Below, piece by piece: positions 1-5,003 of a DNA stretch of 5,781 nucleotides. The notes under the pieces are model-generated. The model worked only from the letters and a program-made list of their open reading frames with translations. It was not told the DNA's origin and ran no database searches. The stretch covers positions 1-5,781 of IMG/VR virus record IMGVR_UViG_2744054627_000015. One strand, 5' to 3'. Every line of letters starts with the position of its first letter. The stretch's first letter is position 1. The position numbers and the translations under genes were made by a program. The DNA is from a virus. Its lineage: Duplodnaviria > Heunggongvirae > Uroviricota > Caudoviricetes.

Positions 1-1062
1 TTCTCCCAAACCAAGGTATGCGAGAAGACCTGCTACATCCTTTCCACTCAAATGAGTCAGCGTATTGTCCAGCGGTTGTTTACCTGCCAGCGCATTAAGC
101 ATTGTCGTGGCAAAGTTCGGATCATTCCCCAGTGCCGCCGCCAGTTCGTTCAGTGTATCCAGTGCCGCAGGTGCAGAACCCACCATTGCCGCAATCGCCG
201 ATTTCACAAATGCCGTGGTGGCAATCTGTGTATTGTTGACCGACTGTGCCGCAGTAGGTGCTGTTGGCGTTCCGGTGAGTGCCGGACTCGACAGCGGCGC
301 TTTCAGTGCCAGCGCATTATTAATAGTGGTACTGAATTTCGGGTCATTGTTAATGGCTGCGGCAATTTCTTTCAGTGTGTCCAGCGTGGCTGGCGCACCG
401 TTAATCAGAGCAGTAATAGCGGCCTGAACAAACTCTGTGGTCGCAATCCGAGTGGTGTTATTTCCTGCTGCAGGCGTCGGCGCTTTTGGTTCTCCGGTAA
501 ATGTCGGATTATGTTTCTGCGCATACTGGGTATGAGGATCTTGTGCGGCAATGTGGTTTCTCATCTGGTCATCCACATACAGCTTTAATTCCAGGACTTT
601 ATCATCCACGTATTTACGGGTTGCCAGCACTACAGCAGGGTCGATTTTCAGGGTGATATTGTCCGTACTGCTGGTAATCAGCACCATGCGCACGGTCTGG
701 GTGCGCCCGCTGCCTTCAGCCAGTTGCGGCTTATAGCTTTCCGGGCAGTTGCCCACGGCAATCAATGCCCCGGACTCATCAAACAGGCCCACTTCACGTA
801 TCCACCAACCGCCCTCGTTTTCAGGGATCACCTGTTCAGCAATAATCTGGCTGCTGTTCTGCGGGTCGATATAAAGCATATTCAGCGCAGCCCGGCGTTT
901 CTCATTTACCAGTGCCGTCTGCTTTGCGTCCGGCGTTGGCAATACTCCGCCGCCATCGCCCACCGCCATATGGGTAATTTTTAGCGGCACACCGAGCGCG
1001 GCGGCGCTGGCAAGTTTCGCCGCGCCAATATCCGTCAGCAGGGTATAAAATTTTGTGCTCAT
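1..1062 (-). CDS. H: Phage tail fibre protein (P2 gpH-like), N-terminal 354 codons; the gene continues past the window start
   Basis: Minus-strand ATG at 1062..1060 overlaps the gene I stop (ATGA). Translation MSTKFYTLLTDIGAAKLASAAALGVPLKITHMAVGDGGGVLPTPDAKQTALVNE... resembles the conserved N-terminal domain of P2-family tail fibres as recalled. The frame stays open to position 1. It is absent from the ORF track only because no stop codon falls inside the window. Confidence 0.88.
   Translation of the reverse strand, partial: MSTKFYTLLTDIGAAKLASAAALGVPLKITHMAVGDGGGVLPTPDAKQTALVNEKRRAALNMLYIDPQNSSQIIAEQVIPENEGGWWIREVGLFDESGALIAVGNCPESYKPQLAEGSGRTQTVRMVLITSSTDNITLKIDPAVVLATRKYVDDKVLELKLYVDDQMRNHIAAQDPHTQYAQKHNPTFTGEPKAPTPAAGNNTTRIATTEFVQAAITALINGAPATLDTLKEIAAAINNDPKFSTTINNALALKAPLSSPALTGTPTAPTAAQSVNNTQIATTAFVKSAIAAMVGSAPAALDTLNELAAALGNDPNFATTMLNALAGKQPLDNTLTHLSGKDVAGLLAYLGLGE
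70..462 (-). repeat. Diverged tandem duplication inside tail-fibre gene H (two units of about 170 nt, 220 nt apart)
   Basis: Protein units at residues 201-257 and 276-331 align (NNTTRIATTEFVQAAITALINGAPATLDTLKEIAAAINNDPKFSTTINNALALKAPL against NNTQIATTAFVKSAIAAMVGSAPAALDTLNELAAALGNDPNFATTMLNALAGKQPL). At DNA level, 308-400 and 88-180 share runs such as ccagcgcatta. Confidence 0.6.
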
Positions 1063-1663
1063 GGATTCACTCTCATTGTGTCAATAACATGGACCGCCCC
1101 GCCTTCATGCGCGGTGCCACCGGAAATAATCGTTTCGTTGATATACGGATAGATCGTGATTTCTTCGCCAAGATAGCTGGCGGCTCCCACCCAATGCGGG
1201 CCGCTGGTCTGCAGATTGATGGACATGCCGATCATGTGGCGGCTACATGGTTTGGCATCGCTTATCAGTCGCTCAAGTTCCAGATAGGTATCTTCAGTGA
1301 TGCCCTGGTCCTGCACGCCGATATCTAGGCGAAACGTGCCCGCTGCCTCTCCGGTCTGCCACCACTCAATAATGCGGATCAGAAAGCCGAACGGCTCCAC
1401 CACCCGCCGCACGGCACTGGTGGTCCCTTTATGCTGATGAATATAAAAAGCATCCTTCACCACCTGGCGCTTGACGCTTTCTGTCCAGCCCTCGTCCCAG
1501 CGATCCACAGAGAACGCCCAGGCGAGATAAGGCAGGAAACTGACCGGACAGGTTGCCGGATTCCACAAGTCACGAAGCGGCACCTGCAGATCAGAATCCC
1601 GCTGCAGGTTTGCGCCAGTCGGCGCTCCAGTGGTGTTGAACCCGGTGGCAGCAGACTATTCAT
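1059..1663 (-). CDS. I: Baseplate assembly protein (P2 gpI-like) with an apparent 1-nt frameshift near 1598-1600; the intact body is the 174-codon frame 1059..1583
   Basis: Body frame (…LRDLWNPATCPVSFLPYLAWAFSVDRWDEGW…) resembles P2 gpI as recalled. The ATG at 1663 has a strong GGAGG (1673..1669, 5-nt spacer), sits 5 nt before the J stop, and encodes a gpI-like N-terminus (MNSLLPPGSTPLERRLAQTCSG), but in a different frame from the body. One extra C in the CCC run at 1598-1600 (G on the coding strand) would join the two. The stop overlaps the H start (ATGA). Confidence 0.72.
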
Positions 1664-2564
1664 CCGTTCCTCCGTTGGTTACGCTCCACTGCGTACATGA
1701 TGCCGCCTGTGTTTTGTTCAGGACCACATCCGCCAGAGGAGAAGCCAGCTCCACACGCTGCACACCCTCAACATGCAGGGCGGCAAAGATGGCGCTACGG
1801 CGAATATCCCGACCAAGACGCGTCTGACTGGCGATGTACTTCTGCAGGCTGGCTTTTGCCGCTGCCATTACCGGCTCTGCTTCCGGTCCCGGATAAAGAA
1901 AAATGGTGGCTTCCACGCGATACGGGATGATTTCTGCGCTGCGAACCGTAAGACGGTCAGCCACCGGGCGGACGTTCTCACTGTTCAGAGCTTTTCCCAC
2001 CACGTCCAGCAGGTCTTTTTCTGCAGTTCCATCGCCTTCGCGGCTAAGGACAGTCAGCACCACCTCTGCAGGTGCCGGGCTGGTTGCACTGGCATCCGCC
2101 ACGCGACCGTCGGCGCTTCGGGCATGAAATTCATAAGCTGCAGTTGGCCCCGCGACTGAAAGCCCTTCAAAGGCTGCAGGCACACGCAGGCGTAACGCTT
2201 CATCGCTTTCCATCACAGCTGCAACGGGCGGCACAGCGTCATTATCAGCAGGCGTCACCGTCAGGCGTTTCACGTTGTAGTTGGCAGCGAGCTGGTCAAG
2301 ATCGCCGCCCATCGCGTAAGCCACCATCACCGCCTGCGCGGCTTCGTTAATGCGCTGGCGCAGAAGCAACTCACGGTAAGCGTTCTCCTGCAACAATTTG
2401 GTGACGGGTTCAGATTCCAGTTCCAGCGTACGCATCACAGCTTCCTGCTCATCTTTCGGATGGAGCGCCACAAATTCTGCCTTACGTTCTGCAAACAGCG
2501 TTTCAAAGTCCGGCACATCCACAATCTGCGGTGCAGGCAACTGCGAAAGGTCAATCACTGCCAT
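1656..2564 (-). CDS. J: Baseplate assembly protein (P2 gpJ-like), 302 aa
   Basis: ORF-track frame 1656..2603 trimmed to the ATG at 2564, which is preceded by AGGAG (2575..2571, 6-nt spacer). N-terminus MAVIDLSQLPAPQIVDVPDFETLFAERKAEF is gpJ-like, and the length matches the 302 aa I recall for P2 gpJ. The start overlaps the 3' end of W by 14 nt. Confidence 0.9.
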   Translation of the reverse strand: MAVIDLSQLPAPQIVDVPDFETLFAERKAEFVALHPKDEQEAVMRTLELESEPVTKLLQENAYRELLLRQRINEAAQAVMVAYAMGGDLDQLAANYNVKRLTVTPADNDAVPPVAAVMESDEALRLRVPAAFEGLSVAGPTAAYEFHARSADGRVADASATSPAPAEVVLTVLSREGDGTAEKDLLDVVGKALNSENVRPVADRLTVRSAEIIPYRVEATIFLYPGPEAEPVMAAAKASLQKYIASQTRLGRDIRRSAIFAALHVEGVQRVELASPLADVVLNKTQAASCTQWSVTNGGTDE

Positions 2565-2910
2565 TCTCGGCTCCTGTTGATACGGAAAGGGAAACAGGCA
2601 CACCGTTATTACGCTGTCCGGTCAGTTCCACCACCATAGAACCGTCAAAATTGCTGTTGATGGTGATGGATTCCAGCGTCAGCCGAGGCTCCCAGCGACT
2701 CAGCGCCACATACACCGCCGACATAATCTGCAGGCGTAACGCCGGATTTTGTGGCTGGTCTATCAGCGCCGACAGCAGGGAACCATATTCACGACGGGCA
2801 ATGCGGCTACCCTGCGGCGTCAGCAGAATATCCCGCACCGACTGGCGCAGATGGTCAATATCAGTAATGGCTTTACCGCTGGTATTGTTCATCCCGATAT
2901 AAAGCGTCAT
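2551..2910 (-). CDS. W: Baseplate protein (P2 gpW-like), 119 aa
   Basis: Translation MTLYIGMNNTSGKAITDIDHLRQSVRDILLTPQGSRIARREYGSLLSALIDQPQNP... resembles P2 gpW as recalled. GGAGG (2921..2917) lies 6 nt upstream of the ATG at 2910. The ATG overlaps the V stop (ATGA). Confidence 0.9.
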   Translation of the reverse strand: MTLYIGMNNTSGKAITDIDHLRQSVRDILLTPQGSRIARREYGSLLSALIDQPQNPALRLQIMSAVYVALSRWEPRLTLESITINSNFDGSMVVELTGQRNNGVPVSLSVSTGAENGSD

Positions 2911-3485
2911 ACCGGGCCTCCGGTGGTGTCGCCACCTTTCTGGACGCCAGTATGCTGATGCGCATCAACCACGATCCCGTTAGAACTCATCGCACCGCCG
3001 CCCTGGGTAACGCCACCATTGATCACCACTTCGCTGTTAATACGTGCGCGGTCAGCCTCCAGTACAAACTCACTGGTTTTCAGGGTGATGTTGTCGACAG
3101 CCTCAATGACCATTGATTTGATGCCCCTGACATACCAGCGCCCGGTGGCGGGTTCGTATTCAAACCAGCCACCGTCAGGATATTCTGTCACGCAGGCGTC
3201 CGCCGACGTCGACGGCGGCGCGAACTGATTCGAATAGACAGCGGGCAACGCAAAGGCGGTTTCCAGATTGCCACCCAGACTCAGCAGCACCACCTGCTCA
3301 CCTTCCGATGGTTTCCACCATGTGCGGGCATTACCCGCACGCAGCGTCAGCCAGCTGATCCAGTTGGTTTCAAGGTCGCCTGTTTTCACCCGGCAAAGCC
3401 AGTTCTCCCGGTCCACTTCGGTGACTACACCAGTGCGAATCAGGTTGGTGATAAGGCGCATGATTTCGGTTAAATGTGCGTTCAT
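2907..3485 (-). CDS. V: Baseplate spike / tail protein (P2 gpV-like), 192 aa from the ATG at 3485
   Basis: Translation MNAHLTEIMRLITNLIRTGVVTEVD...KGGDTTGGPV aligns with the recalled gpV N-terminus (MNTLANIQELARALRNMIRTG...) and the C-terminal GG-rich tail. The ORF-track start at 3542 adds 19 residues with no counterpart in gpV, so the internal ATG is preferred. None of the candidate starts has a convincing Shine-Dalgarno. Confidence 0.82.
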   Translation of the reverse strand: MNAHLTEIMRLITNLIRTGVVTEVDRENWLCRVKTGDLETNWISWLTLRAGNARTWWKPSEGEQVVLLSLGGNLETAFALPAVYSNQFAPPSTSADACVTEYPDGGWFEYEPATGRWYVRGIKSMVIEAVDNITLKTSEFVLEADRARINSEVVINGGVTQGGGAMSSNGIVVDAHQHTGVQKGGDTTGGPV

Positions 3486-3530
3486 GAGAAAAACTAACCG
3501 CCATTGCAAACGCAATCGAGTAGATAGGAA

Positions 3531-3548
3531 TGTTTGATTCATGGCACA
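3531..3548 (-). promoter_or_regulatory. Candidate Ogr/Delta-type late-activator box (TGT-N12-ACA) upstream of V
   Basis: Minus strand reads TGTgccatgaatcaaACA, centred about 54 nt upstream of the V ATG. P2-family late promoters carry a TGT-N12-ACA dyad at about -55 from the transcription start, and V is the first gene of a late operon in P2. It is a single occurrence that could arise by chance, and the spacing to the ATG is tight. Confidence 0.3.
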
Positions 3549-3576
3549 ATACGTTGCTTACTTTTAAGGATATAAA

Positions 3577-4021
3577 ATGAAAGACAATTTAAATCTTCTT
3601 ATAAAAAATTAATAAGAAAGGCATTTCCTGAATTTAGCAATAAGGTAACATGGACTTTACTCACTGCAGGGATCGGTATTCTTGCACTACCTGCACCCAC
3701 ATATTTATTATTCGTAAACCTTATAATTGATTTTTACAACAAAACAACTAATTCAGAAATAAGCTTCTTAAGATTGATAGCATTACACCAAGTAGTGGGG
3801 TTGCTTTAACTTTAATTCTATCCGGGCTAGTCTTTCACCTATTAATAAAAGTCCCCCATATATACCAAGAAATTCTAAAAGAGAATAACCAAAAAGAAAT
3901 ACAGGAAAGAAAAAGAGTAGCAGACGTTAAACTTTATGAGGCATTTATTGATATTCTACCAACAACCTCGTTATCAATTGAATTCTTAAAAGACCATAAT
4001 TTTGAAAACTCCCTATCATGA
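3577..4021 (+). pseudogene. Disrupted ORF for a predicted two-transmembrane protein (about 148 aa if two single-base homopolymer deletions are repaired)
   Basis: ATG at 3577 with AAGGA (3566-3570, 6-nt spacer) opens an 11-codon ORF in frame 1. Frame 0 is then stop-free across 3576..3806 and frame 2 across 3752..4018, with no usable start codon in either. Adding one A to the A6 run (3603-3608) and one G to the G4 run (3797-3800) yields a continuous protein with two hydrophobic helices and a charged C-terminal tail. Confidence 0.4.
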
Positions 4022-4057
4022 TAATAATACAAAAGATATTAGTAATCTTGAATACGG

Positions 4058-4336
4058 GTGGGTCATGCAGATCAACATTTTCATGACAATGAAATTGAAG
4101 ATAAAGCCACTCATCTTTACAGTGAAATAATAAAGTTTAATTATTTTCTCGCTTATAAATCGCACAATATCAATAACTATATGTTTAGCATGCTTACTGA
4201 CAGAGATCGAGCTATGGTGATGGAATTACTACCTCAAACAAAGGAAAATATAAAAATAGCCAATGAGTGGAGTTCTACAATTCATCAGCTTTACTGTGAC
4301 TTTATCTCCACATGTAGGAATAACTTAGCCATATAA
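4058..4336 (+). CDS. Hypothetical protein (92 aa from GTG at 4058, or 51 aa from ATG at 4181); island cargo of unknown function
   Basis: ORF-track frame, same frame as the upstream disrupted ORF and separated from it by a cluster of stops at 4019-4051. It is Asn/Ile/Lys-rich, as expected for AT-rich DNA. No good RBS precedes either start. It ends at TAA 4334-4336, 14 nt from the convergent S stop. Confidence 0.4.
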   Translation: MGHADQHFHDNEIEDKATHLYSEIIKFNYFLAYKSHNINNYMFSMLTDRDRAMVMELLPQTKENIKIANEWSSTIHQLYCDFISTCRNNLAI

Positions 4337-4350
4337 ATCATATGCTGTAG

Positions 4351-4596
4351 TTAATTAAGACAAGTAGCGAAAAAAATATCACGAGTTATCATTTCCGCTT
4401 CGTCGTTAACACCCAAAAGGCGACGCTCTGCGTAACGGACCTCCGGCCCTTTGCGACTGACGCGATCGCGCAGGCCGTAATGGTGAACACGGGCAATGCG
4501 CTGCACCTTACCTTCAAACTGCACGCTGGCAGAATCGGCGCTGGCGGCAGTTTTCAGATATTTTGTGGTGCGTAGCTTTGCAAACATCTGACGTTT
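4351..4596 (-). pseudogene. S: 3' fragment of the tail-completion / virion-morphogenesis gene (P2 gpS-like), truncated at its 5' side by the IS
   Basis: Translation ...KRQMFAKLRTTKYLKTAASADSASVQFEGKVQRIARVHHYGLRDRVSRKGPEVRYAERRLLG... fits my recollection of the gpS / Mu gpG family (MFxKLRTxxYLK ... IARVHH-GLRDR). An in-frame stop at 4621-4623 lies inside the IS end. Only about 80 of the expected 150 codons are present. Confidence 0.55.
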
Positions 4597-4649
4597 TGTA
4601 ATGACCCACTGAAATCCTGCTCAGGTCATAATGAGTGGAGATCACAGAC

Positions 4650-5003
4650 ATGAGCATCACGATGGACGAAGAAATCAAACGTTGGACGGCCAAGCGCAAG
4701 TCCGCCTTGGTCATGGAAATCATTCAGGGCAAGACCACCGTCGCCGAAGCGGCTCGAGCCTTTGATTTGCCGCCCTCCGAGATTGAAGAATGGGTAGATG
4801 ACGCCAAACGGGGCATGGAAAACGCCTTACGGGCCAAGCCACTGGATATTCGCGAGCAGTACGAGAAGCAGCTCAAGGAACTCCAGGAAGCTTATGGCGA
4901 GGCCATGCTGGAGTTACGCGCCAGAAAAAGCTGGCCTCCCTGCTGGGCGAGGACGACAGATAGTCGCCGATGTTCAGCAGGGATTACGCGCAGAAGGTAT
5001 TGA
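4650..5003 (+). CDS. IS3-family transposase OrfA (HTH DNA-binding protein), with an aberrant C-terminal extension in this copy
   Basis: ATG at 4650 preceded by GGAG (4637-4640, 9-nt spacer). Translation MSITMDEEIKRWTAKRKSALVMEIIQGKTTVAEAARAFDLPPSEIEEWVDD...EAMLELRARK parallels IS2 OrfA (...[23 protein letters not shown]). The canonical OrfA tail KKLASLLGEDDR* is in the -1 frame after the A-run at 4925-4929. The ORF-track GTG start at 4635 was not used. Confidence 0.8.
   Translation: MSITMDEEIKRWTAKRKSALVMEIIQGKTTVAEAARAFDLPPSEIEEWVDDAKRGMENALRAKPLDIREQYEKQLKELQEAYGEAMLELRARKSWPPCWARTTDSRRCSAGITRRRY

Larger units (their letters stand above)
3560..4345. other. AT-rich island (about 27% GC) between phage genes S and V; probable moron / horizontally acquired cargo
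   Basis: Sample lines in the island give 25-27% GC against about 58% in a flanking tail-gene line. In P2 as recalled, S and V are adjacent or nearly so. The coding signal here is on the plus strand, opposite to the flanking late genes. Confidence 0.75.

Noticed and set aside
1584-1658. Programmed ribosomal frameshift as the explanation for the gene I frame break
   Set aside because: No slippery heptamer sits at the junction, and gpI is not known to be made by recoding. A one-base indel in the C/G run explains it more simply.
1457-1663. 68-aa minus-strand ORF taken as an independent gene
   Set aside because: Only its first 22 or so codons look like protein (the gpI N-terminus). The remainder is an out-of-frame read of the gene I body, so it is the frameshifted 5' end of gene I.
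52-2958. Many plus-strand ORFs of 60-178 aa across the tail genes (for example 52..588, 65..427, 724..984, 1053..1328, 1773..2159, 2072..2350, 2531..2902)
   Set aside because: They are antisense to minus-strand genes that have strong family resemblance and translational coupling. Their translations are low-complexity (Arg/Cys/Ser-rich), as expected for open frames opposite GC-rich coding DNA, and none has a convincing start context.
3486-3542. ORF-track start of V at 3542 (211 aa)
   Set aside because: The extra 19 residues (MNQTFLSTRLRLQWRLVFL) have no counterpart in the gpV N-terminus, which aligns from the ATG at 3485. The matching 211-aa length appears to be a coincidence caused by an internal deletion relative to P2 gpV.
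3650-3730. 26-codon Cys/His-containing small ORF (MDFTHCRDRYSCTTCTHIFIIRKPYN) in the island
   Set aside because: It lies entirely within the longer stop-free frame that encodes the first hydrophobic helix and has a weak, too-close RBS. More likely an overlapping out-of-frame artefact.
4330-4344. Short palindrome CATATAAATCATATG between the convergent ends of the island ORF and S, as a bidirectional terminator
   Set aside because: The stem is only 5 bp and all A/T, with no flanking T-run, so it is too weak to call a rho-independent terminator.
3543-4350. Minus-strand coding in the AT-rich island (the orientation of the surrounding operon)
   Set aside because: Every minus-strand ATG I followed hits a stop within 22 codons or fewer, and the ORF track lists none of 60 aa or more.
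4635-4649. GTG at 4635 as the OrfA start, and a His-rich 44-codon ORF starting at ATG 4631
   Set aside because: The ATG at 4650 has a properly spaced GGAG and gives an N-terminus typical of IS3-family OrfA. The His-rich frame is an overlapping out-of-frame read.
4798-4926. N-terminal 43 codons of the ORF-track OrfB (MTPNGAWKTPYGPSHW...)
   Set aside because: This is an out-of-frame read of the OrfA 3' region. Functional OrfB sequence starts only at the A-run frameshift site.
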